A stretch of DNA of 64,000 bases, taken from Vulcanimicrobiota bacterium. GTDB taxonomy: Bacteria; Vulcanimicrobiota; Vulcanimicrobiia; Vulcanimicrobiales; Vulcanimicrobiaceae. The notes beneath the pieces are model-generated. The model did no database searches. It was not told the origin of the DNA and saw only the letters and a program-made list of their open reading frames with translations. Position numbers and translations under genes: made by a program. Shown here piece by piece: positions 20,701 through 29,828 of this stretch (the first letter of the stretch is position 1; each line of letters starts with the position of its first letter). The stretch lies in the NCBI GenBank assembly GCA_963695225.1, contig OY968762.1, forward strand, positions 2,080,001-2,144,000, read 5' to 3'.

Positions 20701-20826
20701 GCGACGAAGAAGCGGCCGGCGCGCAAAGCCGCCGCTCCCGCGAAGACGGGCCGCCTGACGGCGACGCGCACGGCGGGCGCCGCGAAAAAAGGAACAGCGA
20801 AGAAGACGACCCGCAAGAAATCGTGA
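17707..20826 (+). CDS. rne: Ribonuclease E/G family with TRAM-like domain and long disordered Arg-rich/AKP-rich C-terminus
   Basis: GSIFKGKVQNVLPGMGASFIDIG, VQIVKEPRGLKGAR, LTVIDVNSGKF, QVRLRDIGGIIVCDFIDM, CPTCAGLG; TTG start with GAGG RBS. Confidence 0.92.
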   Translation: MATELLISSDPWENRVAVLEDGALAEIYIEREEKVIGSIFKGKVQNVLPGMGASFIDIGLGRNAFLYVDDINKTPLNIGDVEISQARSGWTITEKVNRGDDVLVQIVKEPRGLKGARVSTNISLPGRYLILMPNGRFSGVSRKIESAEERNRLKSMMKLIRPEGMATVVRTSAAGVSQAELIADLGVLIRMWHGILESYKRAEPPALIHKDMNLVYKAARDFITPEVDRVLIDDAAECEKVREFMRLLGPQYVDRIQHYNGGRSLFKDFKVDDDLQKLMRPKVNLPSGGSIVIETTEALTVIDVNSGKFTGGKNLDDTIVKTNVEAAAEIARQVRLRDIGGIIVCDFIDMSSEAARTKVIDTLKAGLVRDRTRTTIQSFSNLGLLEFTRKRIGKDLGAQLRGHCPTCAGLGSVMSPESVAIEAFRQLRRFGEANKPDGRKKKQEAVDVFAAPTVGAQLEYWYEDELLALEAQLGRTINIRVDPALHPERFRIELSTDAVQPAQIDGKAVRVGDEIDVELVHTRMPNPASGLAVVGDRLVEVENAANAAGQTIKIKVIDIDDDGNILVEPRTAVPAAASVAAASGEGKRRRRRGGRGRRKELTVAEQTEELRELAEEAAKGLDARAAIGISTGPDPEDDIEARARAAERKQQAPQLATVTPIRPGIESIVGEVVAGAETGDGRRRKRRRRRRRGSSDVSAIPSNLQAAAGNEAEADEDLETADGPAPSADAEPAADADQPAAYASWPPSEEGAGRRPRRRRRRRRGRGGMAVIDGGVPQQTGAVPERQIFRVGSDGAAEATGEQAPPEPSRALAPRNPGAVAVDAPPPSLSLPEEKPKLARPVRGRRARPAAAAPALEAAPDPATSLPPPAEPPAPAQASEPAPAVADAPPEPAPKRRGRPRKAEPTAAAAPAAVPAPAPAPLPAPALAPAAETPAKPATRAGTKPAARKKAAAKPKATAKAAASKPPAKRATTRKTAAEPATAPKTPASRKAAASAADATKKRPARKAAAPAKTGRLTATRTAGAAKKGTAKKTTRKKS

Positions 20827-21455
20827 CGCGGGCCGTCTTCACGGACTACGACGGGACGATCACCGATCTCGACACGTTCGACGTGCTCGTCCGGCGCGAG
20901 GCCGGTCCCGGCCCGTGGCACGATATCGAGCGCCGGATGGCGAGCGGCGAGTTGACGCTGCGTGACGCGCTCGTCGAGGAAGCCTCGTACGTTCGCGCGA
21001 CGCTCGACGAAGCCGACGCCCGCATCGCGCGCGAAGTGGCGTTCGACCGAACGTTCGTCGACTTTTCGGCGCACTGTGAGGCGGCCGGGATTCCGGTCAC
21101 CATCGTGAGCTCGGGCATCGAGCCGCTCATCCGCCGCATGCTCGCGAGGCATGGCCTCGCGCATCTGCACGTGATCGCAAACGATATCGACGTGCGCAAC
21201 GACGGCTGGCTGATTCGCTTCCGCGACGACGGCCCGAACGGGACCGACAAAGCGGCGGTCGTCGCTGCGGCGAAAGCGCGCGGTGCGACGACGATCTTCG
21301 TCGGGGACGGCCGCTCCGATTTCGACGCGGCGGTTGCCGCCGACGTCCGTTTCGCCAAACGCGGTCGCGCGCTCGAACGCCACTTGGCGCGCGAGGCGCT
21401 CGCGTATACGCCGTTCGATCGCTTCGCGGAGATCCTAACGGCGTTCGCGGGCTAA
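20823..21455 (+). CDS. HAD-IB family phosphatase (MtnX-like)
   Basis: FTDYDGTIT, IVSSG, DK and FVGDGRSD motifs. Confidence 0.85.
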   Translation: MTRAVFTDYDGTITDLDTFDVLVRREAGPGPWHDIERRMASGELTLRDALVEEASYVRATLDEADARIAREVAFDRTFVDFSAHCEAAGIPVTIVSSGIEPLIRRMLARHGLAHLHVIANDIDVRNDGWLIRFRDDGPNGTDKAAVVAAAKARGATTIFVGDGRSDFDAAVAADVRFAKRGRALERHLAREALAYTPFDRFAEILTAFAG

Positions 21456-22885
21456 GCGAGAGCGCGCCGGCTGCGGCGGACCGCTTTCCACGCTCGGTGC
21501 CAGCGGAGCTTCGCGGCCGCAGCGTCCGCGGCTGCGAGCGCTCCGATGGCGTTTGCAGCGTAGGCCGTGCGCGGGTCTTGCGCGCTGGGCGCGAGCCAGG
21601 CTAGCTCGAGCACCGCGTCTTGAACGCGCCCGAGCTCGTCTTGCAAGTCGCCGAGCCTTCGGACGAAGCGCCGTGCGCGTTTGCCCGCGAGCGGAATCTG
21701 CGCTTCGGCGGCGTAGCGGCAGCGCTTCGCGCGCACGCGCACCGCGTGGAGCTCGGCGTCGGCGGGCGCATCGCCGAGCGCGCGAACCTCACGCCGCAGG
21801 CGTTTCCAGCCGCGCGTTACGAGTTTGGGGACGAGATCGCTCGCCGGTCGCGCGGCGCAGGCGCGGAATTGAGGGCTGGAGAGCGCGGAGCGCAAGTCCG
21901 CGACGAGTTCGAGATAACGCGGCGCCCGCATGAACGCGGCGAGCCTCCGTCGCGCTTGGAGCCGAGCTTCGAGGATGCGCGCGAGCACTTCGCGCGCCGC
22001 GCCGCGTTCGCTGCGGTCGAGACGTTCGCTCGCCGCCGAGACGCTCGCGACGGCGACGTCGGCATCTCGCGCCGCGCCGAAAATCTCCGCCAACAGAGAC
22101 GCGCGCGCGAGCGCGTCGCGCGTCCAGGCCGGAAGGAATAGCCGAGAAAACGAGCGCAGGCACCCGCGCAGGCGGCGTAAGGCAACGCGCGCTTCGTGCA
22201 CGCTCTCGACGTCGTGCAAGAGACGCAGGCGCACTTCGGCGAGACAGAAGTCGTCGAGGGCGGCGCCGAGGCGGCGTCCGACGGCCTCTCCCGCGCTGGC
22301 GCCTTTCGGCAGGCGCACGGGCTCCGGTTCCACGACCGCCCTCGCGCCGGCGTCCCGCAGGAGGCGCGCCGTGTCCGCGAACAGTTCGGCGTTCGCCGGA
22401 TCGAGCAACTCCAACGCGAGCTGCTGGCGAGAGCGCTTGTTCTTCCCCTCGCGCACGTGCCGCACGTCGAGGGACGCGACGGCGACGGCGTCGTTGCGGT
22501 CGGGACCGGTGATGCGGATGCGCTGCCGGATCGCGCGTAACTCGTCGCATGGGAGCAGCGGCTCGCCGCAGAGGATCGCCGCGAGCGCGTCGAGCAGGGC
22601 GGCCGGCGGGACATCCCGCGAGCCGGCTAACGTGCGCGCGATCGTTCGCCCGCTCCGTTGCGCTTCGAGGCCCGCCGGCACGGAGAGCGTCCAACCTTCA
22701 AACGCGCGATAGCGGACGCTCGCGCCCAGCGCTTCCAGGCGCCGGTCCGCGGTATCGTAGACGATCGAATGAATGCGCTCGAGTCGGATCGTGCGCATCG
22801 GCAGATTGCGTTCCTCCGCCAGCGAGAGGAACGAGCGGAAACGAAAACGCTTGGGGGCTTCGAGCGTCAGCTCGTGCGCGAACAT
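21452..22885 (-). CDS. CYTH-like plus CHAD domain protein
   Basis: YDTADRRL; VHEARVALRRLR, LHAVRVRAKRCRYAAE and LQDELGRVQD CHAD motifs. Confidence 0.82.
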   Translation of the reverse strand: MFAHELTLEAPKRFRFRSFLSLAEERNLPMRTIRLERIHSIVYDTADRRLEALGASVRYRAFEGWTLSVPAGLEAQRSGRTIARTLAGSRDVPPAALLDALAAILCGEPLLPCDELRAIRQRIRITGPDRNDAVAVASLDVRHVREGKNKRSRQQLALELLDPANAELFADTARLLRDAGARAVVEPEPVRLPKGASAGEAVGRRLGAALDDFCLAEVRLRLLHDVESVHEARVALRRLRGCLRSFSRLFLPAWTRDALARASLLAEIFGAARDADVAVASVSAASERLDRSERGAAREVLARILEARLQARRRLAAFMRAPRYLELVADLRSALSSPQFRACAARPASDLVPKLVTRGWKRLRREVRALGDAPADAELHAVRVRAKRCRYAAEAQIPLAGKRARRFVRRLGDLQDELGRVQDAVLELAWLAPSAQDPRTAYAANAIGALAAADAAAAKLRWHRAWKAVRRSRRALA

Positions 22886-22893
22886 CGTTGCCT

Positions 22894-24240
22894 CTACGAA
22901 CCGCCGGTCGAAGCGATCTTTCCGCGCAGGTAGCCGATCGCGGCCTTGAGTTGCGTGTCGCTCGTGGGATCTCCGAGTTTATCGCCCTTCTGGATCTGCG
23001 CGACGATATCCGGTTGGATTCCTATCGTGTTGATATCGTGCCCGTGCGGCGTCAAGTATCGGGCGCTCGTGATCTTGACGGCCGAACCGTCGGGGAGCGG
23101 GTGGATCGTCTGCACGACGCCCTTCCCGAACGTACGCTCCCCGATCAACTGCCCTACGCCGTCGTCTTGGATCGCGCCGGAGGTGATCTCGGAGGCCGAT
23201 GCCGTGTAATGATTCACGAGGACTGCGAGCGGCTTGGGCGCCATGGCGATGTTCTCACCGATGTACTCGGTGTTGTTCCCGCCGCGCGATTCGACCGAGA
23301 CGATCGGCGCCGTCGCGATGAACTTCGAACTCACGTCGATCGCGGCGTTCAAGTAGCCGCCGCCGTTGTCGCGCAAATCGAGGACGTACGCCTTCGCGCC
23401 CTGCGCTTCGAGCTTGTCGAGCGCCGTCGAGAGTTCGGCGGCGGTGTTCGCGCCGAACACGGTGAGGCGCGCGTATCCGATCCCGCCGTCGAGCATCCGC
23501 GAGTAGACGCTTGGCTGATGGATGACGGCGCGCGTGATGCTGATGGGATCGGGGAGGAGCTTCCCGTCGCGTTCGATGGTGACGCGCACGACGGTCCCTT
23601 CCTGGCCGCGCAGCATCTTCGAATCGTCTTCGCTCCGCAGGCCGAGCGTCGGCTTGCCGTCGATCGTGACGATGACGTCGTTCTGTTTGATTCCGGCTCG
23701 CTCGGCGGGCGTATCGGGGATCACGTCGACGACGAGGAGCGTCTTGAGTTGCTCGTCGACGCGGATCGCGATGCCGACGCCGCCGAAGTTGCCGCCGTCG
23801 AGCCCTTCGTTGAGGTCGGCGAACTCCTTCGGCGTCAGGAACGTCGTGTAGCGATCCTTCACCGAGCCGACGAGCCCCGTGATCGCTGCGTACGTCAACG
23901 GCCGGCTGCCGAAGCGCTGCCCGTATTCGCCGACGACTGAATCGAGCTCGCGGCTCAGCTCGCGGGCATTGCGATCGACGTCGTCGGTGGCGCGAACTTG
24001 CGGGACCTGCGGGTTGTCGACCCCGTTCTTCTTCAGAAACGCGATGAGCTGGTTTCGCGCGCCGTCGAGGAGCGTTTGCGGATCGGATTTCTTATAGAAC
24101 TCGCTCGTCATCAGCGAGTAGCTCATCGAAAGCTCTTGGCTCTCGAGCGGCGAAACGCCGATTCGGGCCGAGGCTGAGTGCCCGACTCCGAGGGAGCCGA
24201 CGATCAACAGTGCGGCGGCCACGAACGCGTGACGCTTCAT
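22894..24240 (-). CDS. S41 family carboxy-terminal processing protease (second of a tandem pair)
   Basis: FGGVGI PDZ region, LDLRDNGGG, TASASEI, TFGKGVVQ, KITSARYLTP. Confidence 0.93.
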   Translation of the reverse strand: MKRHAFVAAALLIVGSLGVGHSASARIGVSPLESQELSMSYSLMTSEFYKKSDPQTLLDGARNQLIAFLKKNGVDNPQVPQVRATDDVDRNARELSRELDSVVGEYGQRFGSRPLTYAAITGLVGSVKDRYTTFLTPKEFADLNEGLDGGNFGGVGIAIRVDEQLKTLLVVDVIPDTPAERAGIKQNDVIVTIDGKPTLGLRSEDDSKMLRGQEGTVVRVTIERDGKLLPDPISITRAVIHQPSVYSRMLDGGIGYARLTVFGANTAAELSTALDKLEAQGAKAYVLDLRDNGGGYLNAAIDVSSKFIATAPIVSVESRGGNNTEYIGENIAMAPKPLAVLVNHYTASASEITSGAIQDDGVGQLIGERTFGKGVVQTIHPLPDGSAVKITSARYLTPHGHDINTIGIQPDIVAQIQKGDKLGDPTSDTQLKAAIGYLRGKIASTGGS

Positions 24241-24247
24241 AAAGGGA

Positions 24248-25645
24248 TTACCTCCGCGCGACGCGCCGCAGATAGTCTTTTGCGACGGCGAGTTGCTCGT
24301 CTTTCGGTGAATCGATGATGGTGGGTTCGATCGGCTGGTCCACCGGGATATCGGGATCGATGCCCTTGTGGTGGATGTCGCGGCCGGTCGGCGTTACGTA
24401 CCTGGCGGTCGTGATCTTGAGCGCGCCGCCGTCGCGCATGTTGTAGATGCTTTGTACGACGCCTTTTCCGAACGTTTTGGTTCCGATCAAAGTTCCTACC
24501 TTATAGTCCTGAACCGCCCCAGCCGTGATCTCGGATGCGCTGGCGGTGTACTTGTTCACCAGGATGACGAGCGGAGCGGCGCCGATCGATTCGCGGGTCG
24601 AGGTCCGCGTTTCGCGGTTCCCCTCCCGGTCGATCTGCGTGACGATCGTCCCGTCGGGGATGAACAGGCTCGAGATCTGCACCGCGGCCTCGAGGAGCCC
24701 GCCGCCGTTGTTGCGCAGATCGAGGATGTAGCCTTTCGCGCCGCGTTCCTTCCCGTCGAGCATCGCCTTGCGGACTTCGTCGTATGAAGTTTGGCCGAAA
24801 TCGAGCAAACGGACGTATTCGAAGCCGTCCTCCATCTTCGCGTGGACCGAAGGGACGACGATCTGCCCGCGTGTGACGGCGACGGTCCGGCGCGCTCCTC
24901 CGGCATGCGCTCTCAGCAGGAGTCGTACGAGGGTTCCCTTGGGACCCCGAATCTCGTGCTCGACCTGGTCGAGCGAGAGTCCGGCGCTCGAGACGCCGTC
25001 GACGGCAAGGACCTCGTCGCCCGGCTTGACCCCGGCCCGGTCGGCCGGCAGCCCTTCGATCGGATCGACCAAGATCTGCTTCGTTTTGGCGTCCTGCACG
25101 ATGTAGACGCCGATCCCGCCGAAATCGCCGCCGCGCAGGGACTCTTCGAGCGCCGCGATTTCGTGCGGCGAGAGGTACGTCGTGTAAGGATCCCCGAGCG
25201 AACTCATCATCCCGCGGATCGCGACTTGCGTCAGCTCGCTCTCCTGGCCGGCCCCCGCCGCGCCTTCGGCGGCGAGCAGCGTGCGGTTGAGGACGTTCTC
25301 GTCGTGCAGCCGGTCGCCGCTCATCTGCTCGTCGGGGAAGCGCAGATTCGCGACGTGATGCTCTTTGAAGTACGCGCTCAACTCCTTGCGCTCGCCGTCG
25401 AGGAGCGTTTGAGCCTGGAACGGCTTGTAATAGTGCTCCTGAACCTGCCGGAAGGCGGTATCGAGCAGTTCCTCGGAGGGCCGGCGAAACGCCGAGCTCA
25501 CGTCCAGCGCGGCGACGTCGGTCCCATCCTGGAGCGCCGTGCCGGCGGCCGGCGGCGCCGTCGGCGGCGCGACGAAGCGATACGCCCCGAGCGCGACGAG
25601 CGAGAAGGCGAGAATGAGGACTAAGGCTCTTGAGGTCGTGCGCAC
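24248..25645 (-). CDS. S41 family carboxy-terminal processing protease (first of a tandem pair)
   Basis: DPYTTYL, FGGIGV, LDLRNNGGG, TASASEI, TFGKGVVQ. Confidence 0.93.
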   Translation of the reverse strand: MRTTSRALVLILAFSLVALGAYRFVAPPTAPPAAGTALQDGTDVAALDVSSAFRRPSEELLDTAFRQVQEHYYKPFQAQTLLDGERKELSAYFKEHHVANLRFPDEQMSGDRLHDENVLNRTLLAAEGAAGAGQESELTQVAIRGMMSSLGDPYTTYLSPHEIAALEESLRGGDFGGIGVYIVQDAKTKQILVDPIEGLPADRAGVKPGDEVLAVDGVSSAGLSLDQVEHEIRGPKGTLVRLLLRAHAGGARRTVAVTRGQIVVPSVHAKMEDGFEYVRLLDFGQTSYDEVRKAMLDGKERGAKGYILDLRNNGGGLLEAAVQISSLFIPDGTIVTQIDREGNRETRTSTRESIGAAPLVILVNKYTASASEITAGAVQDYKVGTLIGTKTFGKGVVQSIYNMRDGGALKITTARYVTPTGRDIHHKGIDPDIPVDQPIEPTIIDSPKDEQLAVAKDYLRRVARR

Positions 25646-25725
25646 TCGAAGCTAGTTCCTAGACCCGGGCCCTTAGGAGATTTGGGGGGAGTCGGCTACG
25701 GTTCGCGGGTCGGGGCGTCTCCCCC

Positions 25726-26922
25726 TTATCGTAATCGGCCGGTCGGGTCGACGGCTACTCCGTTGACCCGAACTTCGAAGTGGAGGTGGGGACCGGTCGA
25801 CCGCCCGGTGCTGCCGACGGCGCCGATCGCCTGACCGCGCTGGACCTCTTGCCCGTTCGAAACGAAGATTTGGGAACAGTGGCCGTACAGAGTCGAGACC
25901 GCCCCGTCGTGGTCGATGACGATCGTGTTTCCGTACCCGCTTTCCCAGCCCGCGTAGATGACGGTCCCGCTCGCGGCGGCGGTGATCGTCGCCCCCATCG
26001 GGGCGCCGATGTCGATGCCGTCATGCCGCCGCGTCCGGCCGGTGATCGGGTCGCTCCGCACGCCGAACGGCGAGGTGATCGGACCCGACGCGGGCCACGA
26101 GAAAAGACCCGGTCCGTTTTCGGCGGGGAGCGTCTCGCCGGCGAGCTGGCGCGCCCGGCGCTCCGCCTCGCGGCGGGCGGCTTCCTCGCGCTGGCGCTGG
26201 ACGATCATCGCGCCGAGCTGTGCCTCTTCCTCCGCGGACGTCTCCTCGAGCTCCGTGACTTCCTGGGCAACGTGCCGCCGCTCGAGGTCGGCTTGGGCGA
26301 CGAGCATCTGCCGCTGGTCGGCCAGCGCCGCAAGTTGCGAGCGCTTCTGCTCTTCGGCGGCCTGCGCGGCGACGAGATCGCGGTGGTCGCTTTCGAGCTG
26401 CGCCTGGATCGCGGCGACTTTTTCTTCGGCGGCGCGCCGCTCGCGCACGGTCTGCTGATTCTGCGCGACGAGCAGCCGGATGTCGTCCCAGCGCTGGACG
26501 AAATCCGTGAAGGAGGTCGCCGAGAACAACACGTTCAGATAGCTGAGTTCGCCGTGCTCGTAGGCGTCGACCAGGCGTCGCTTGAGCGCGTCGCTGTGCC
26601 GCTCGAGCGTCGCGCGCGCGGCCGCCAGCCGGCGTTCGTTCAAAGCGGCACGCCCCTCGTTCCAGCGCACTTGGGCCCGCACGACGTCGAGCGACGCGGC
26701 GACGCGGTGCATGCTCCGATTCGTCTCCGCGAGCTGATTCTGCAGCTCGAGCTGGCGCGATCTCGCCCGGTCGAGCTGCGAGCGCTTCTCGTTGAGCTTG
26801 AGGTGAACGCCGTGGATCTCTTGCTGCTGGCGCTTGATCTTCGCCGCGATGTCGGCGTGCGCGGAACCGGATGCCGCGAACGCGGCGCACGCCGCGAAGG
26901 CGAGGGCGGCGCGCGCTCTCAC
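25726..26922 (-). CDS. Coiled-coil plus M23 peptidase (EnvC/CwlO-like FtsEX partner)
   Basis: Signal peptide, long coiled coil, HDGIDIG, YGH, STGPHLHFEVR; GTGA overlap with ftsX. Confidence 0.9.
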   Translation of the reverse strand: MRARAALAFAACAAFAASGSAHADIAAKIKRQQQEIHGVHLKLNEKRSQLDRARSRQLELQNQLAETNRSMHRVAASLDVVRAQVRWNEGRAALNERRLAAARATLERHSDALKRRLVDAYEHGELSYLNVLFSATSFTDFVQRWDDIRLLVAQNQQTVRERRAAEEKVAAIQAQLESDHRDLVAAQAAEEQKRSQLAALADQRQMLVAQADLERRHVAQEVTELEETSAEEEAQLGAMIVQRQREEAARREAERRARQLAGETLPAENGPGLFSWPASGPITSPFGVRSDPITGRTRRHDGIDIGAPMGATITAAASGTVIYAGWESGYGNTIVIDHDGAVSTLYGHCSQIFVSNGQEVQRGQAIGAVGSTGRSTGPHLHFEVRVNGVAVDPTGRLR

Positions 26923-27800
26923 GCGCGCAGGTGCCGCCCGACGGAGAACCACGAGGCGAGGATTCCGACGAGCGCCCCGGTGCCGAGCAGCTCGAGGACG
27001 AGCGACGTGGTGTGCGGCGCCGCCGTCGCGATGGGAAGGAACGGGAGCGCCGTCATCAACTTCGGCATCAGTTGGGCGCGCGCGATCCCCAGGAGTCCGA
27101 TCGCGAGCGCCGCCCCGAGCACGCCGTCGATGAAACCTTCGAAGATGAACGGGCCGCTCACGTAGGCGCTCGACGCCCCGACGAGCTGCATGATCGAGAT
27201 CTCGCGGCGCCGAGCGAAGACGGTCAAGCGGATCGTGTTCGAAATGATGATCGCCGCCGTGATCAGCAGCAGGCCGACGATCACGAGCCCGATGCGGGCC
27301 ATCGTATCGGAGAAACGCAGCATCTTCGTGACGGCGTCCTGGGCGTAGACGACCTCGCGGACGCCCGGCATCTGCCCGATCGAATCGGCGACGGCGTGGA
27401 CGGTCTCCGCTTCCACGACCTTCACGCGCAGCGCGTCCGGGAGCGGGTTCGCGGTCAGCAGCGAGGTGTCGATCTGGCCTTTCAGACGGCGCTGCATCTG
27501 CTTGAGGCCCTCGGACTTCGGCACGTATAGGACGCTGCGCACGCGCGGATCGCTTGCGATCCGCACGCGCAGCGCGCGCACGCCCTTTTCGTCGAGGCCG
27601 TCGTTCAGGTAGACCGAGATCTCGATCTTGTTGATGATGTCGTTCCCGATCCCGCTGACGAGCTCGCGCGAGAAGAGGAAGCTGCCCAGGATCAGTATCA
27701 TGATCGCGACCGTCAAGATCGCGGTGATTTGCAGGACGGCCGTCCGCGAGAAATTCCGCGCGACCTCACTGAAGAAGAATCGTACGCGTCCCCAATCCAT
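26919..27800 (-). CDS. ftsX: Cell division permease-like protein FtsX
   Basis: ISVYL, NPLPD, ISNTIRLTVFARRREISIMQLVGA. Confidence 0.95.
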   Translation of the reverse strand: MDWGRVRFFFSEVARNFSRTAVLQITAILTVAIMILILGSFLFSRELVSGIGNDIINKIEISVYLNDGLDEKGVRALRVRIASDPRVRSVLYVPKSEGLKQMQRRLKGQIDTSLLTANPLPDALRVKVVEAETVHAVADSIGQMPGVREVVYAQDAVTKMLRFSDTMARIGLVIVGLLLITAAIIISNTIRLTVFARRREISIMQLVGASSAYVSGPFIFEGFIDGVLGAALAIGLLGIARAQLMPKLMTALPFLPIATAAPHTTSLVLELLGTGALVGILASWFSVGRHLRA

Positions 27801-27811
27801 CGGCTACCCCC

Positions 27812-28555
27812 TCAAATCGAACGGACCGCCGGATGGATGTCGACCTGATACGCCCCGACGGCCAGGCCGCCGCGAACGAGATCGTACGAGCCGCGCTCGT
27901 CGTCGGCGATGATCTTACCCCGTTCGAGCCGGATCACGCGCCGCCGCATCCGGTCGACGACGATCGAGTTGTGCGTCGCCACGACCACCGTGGTGCCCTT
28001 GAGATTGATGCGTGAGAGCAGCTCCATGATCTCGGTAGTGTTCGTCGGATCGAGATTCCCGGTCGGCTCGTCGCAGAGCAGCAGCTTGGGGTTGTTGACG
28101 AGCGCGCGGGCGATCGCCGTGCGCTGCTGTTCGCCGCCGGAGAGTTCGCTCGGAAACGCGCGGCTCTTCTGGGCGAGCCCGACGAGATCGAGCACGCGCG
28201 GAACTTGGCGCATGATGTCGTTCGTCGCCGCCCCGGTCACGTGCATCGCGTAGGCGACGTTCTCCCAGACCGTCTTGTCGGAGAGAAGCTTGTAGTCTTG
28301 GAACACGACGCCGAGTTGCCGGCGCAGCTTCGGAATCGACGAGCGGCGCAGCGTATCGACGCGGACGTTGTCGACGAATACTTCGCCGGCGCTGGGGAGC
28401 TGCTCGCGATAGAGCAGTCGCAGCAAGCTGGATTTGCCGGTCCCGGAATGGCCGACCAAAAAGGCAAAGCTGCCCTTTGCGACCTCAAGGTCGACTCCGT
28501 CGAGGGCTCGCGTCCCGTTCGGGTACACGAGCGAAACGCCCCGTAGCGAGATCAT
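27812..28555 (-). CDS. ftsE: Cell division ATP-binding protein FtsE
   Basis: GHSGTGKS, VFQDYKLL, LSGGEQQR, DEPTGNLD; adjacent to ftsX. Confidence 0.95.
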   Translation of the reverse strand: MISLRGVSLVYPNGTRALDGVDLEVAKGSFAFLVGHSGTGKSSLLRLLYREQLPSAGEVFVDNVRVDTLRRSSIPKLRRQLGVVFQDYKLLSDKTVWENVAYAMHVTGAATNDIMRQVPRVLDLVGLAQKSRAFPSELSGGEQQRTAIARALVNNPKLLLCDEPTGNLDPTNTTEIMELLSRINLKGTTVVVATHNSIVVDRMRRRVIRLERGKIIADDERGSYDLVRGGLAVGAYQVDIHPAVRSI

Positions 28556-28628
28556 CCGGCCCCGGGCGTGGCGCGTGACGACATTGGCGGAAGGGTTTGG
28601 CCCCCCGACAGAGGGAGACCTCTACGCT

Positions 28629-29777
28629 ATGAACTTCGATTTGACCGACGAGCAGAAAGCTATCCAGTCGCTTTGCCGCGAGTTCGCGCAGGGCGAAGTG
28701 GCGCCGCGCGCCGAGGCGATGGACGCGAACGAGGAATTCCCGTACGATCTCGTCCGCAAGATGGCGGAGCTCGGGCTGATGGGCTTGCCCTTCCCCGAGG
28801 AATACGGCGGGGCCGGCGCGGACACGGTCTCCTACGCGCTCGCCGTCATGGAGCTCGCGCGGGCGGATGCGTCGACGGCGATCACGCTTGCGGCGCACGT
28901 CTCGCTCGGGAGCACGCCGTTCTACCTGTTCGGCACCGAGGAACAGAAGCGGCGGTATCTCGTCCCGCTCGCGCAGGGAACGATGCTGTGGGGATTCGGG
29001 CTGACCGAGCCGCAGGCCGGGAGCGACGCAGGCGGGACGCGCACGCGCGCCCAGCTTCACGACGGGCACTGGATCGTCAACGGGACGAAGGCGTTCATTA
29101 CGAACAGCGGCACGACGCTCACGGGCGGGACGACGATCACGGCGGTCACGGGGAGCGACGAACGCGGGCGGCCCGAGATCTCGAACCTGATCGTCCCCCA
29201 GGATACGCCCGGCTTCACGCGGAGCCGCAAGTACAAGAAGATGGGCTGGCGCGCCTCCGACACGCGCGAACTCGCCTTCGCCGACGCCGTGATTCCCGAG
29301 GAGAACCTGCTCGGCGTGCGCGGCGAGGGCCTCAAGCAGTTCCTGAAGGTCCTCGACGGCGGGCGGATCTCGGTCGCGGCCCTCTCCGTCGGCCTCTCGA
29401 TGGGCGCCTACGACGAGGCCCTCAAGTACGCGAAGGAGCGCCACCAGTTCGGCCGGCCCATCTCGAAATTTCAGGCGATTCAATTCAAGCTGGCCGACAT
29501 GCTCACCGAGATCGAGCACGCCAAGATCATGGTCCTCAAAGCCGCCTGGGAGAAGGACAACGGGCGCGATTTTGCCCTGACCGCGAGCCTCGCGAAGCTC
29601 TTCTCCGGCGAACTTTCGAACCGAGTCGTCAACGAGGCAGTCCAAATCCACGGCGGCTACGGGTTCATGGACGAGTATCCGGTCTCGCGCATGTATCGCG
29701 ACCAGAAGATCAACGAAATCGGCGAAGGCACGAACGAGATCCAGCGCCTCGTGATCGCGCGAATGCTCGGCCTCTAG
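28629..29777 (+). CDS. Acyl-CoA dehydrogenase
   Basis: LTEPQAGSDA, NGTKAFITN, KMGWRAS, RHQFGRPI, QIHGGYG, IGEGTNEIQR. Confidence 0.95.
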   Translation: MNFDLTDEQKAIQSLCREFAQGEVAPRAEAMDANEEFPYDLVRKMAELGLMGLPFPEEYGGAGADTVSYALAVMELARADASTAITLAAHVSLGSTPFYLFGTEEQKRRYLVPLAQGTMLWGFGLTEPQAGSDAGGTRTRAQLHDGHWIVNGTKAFITNSGTTLTGGTTITAVTGSDERGRPEISNLIVPQDTPGFTRSRKYKKMGWRASDTRELAFADAVIPEENLLGVRGEGLKQFLKVLDGGRISVAALSVGLSMGAYDEALKYAKERHQFGRPISKFQAIQFKLADMLTEIEHAKIMVLKAAWEKDNGRDFALTASLAKLFSGELSNRVVNEAVQIHGGYGFMDEYPVSRMYRDQKINEIGEGTNEIQRLVIARMLGL

Positions 29778-29828
29778 CCGCCGTCCCCACGATTCCCCGC
29801 CGCGGCGCGGGACGGAGGCTTCCCAACG

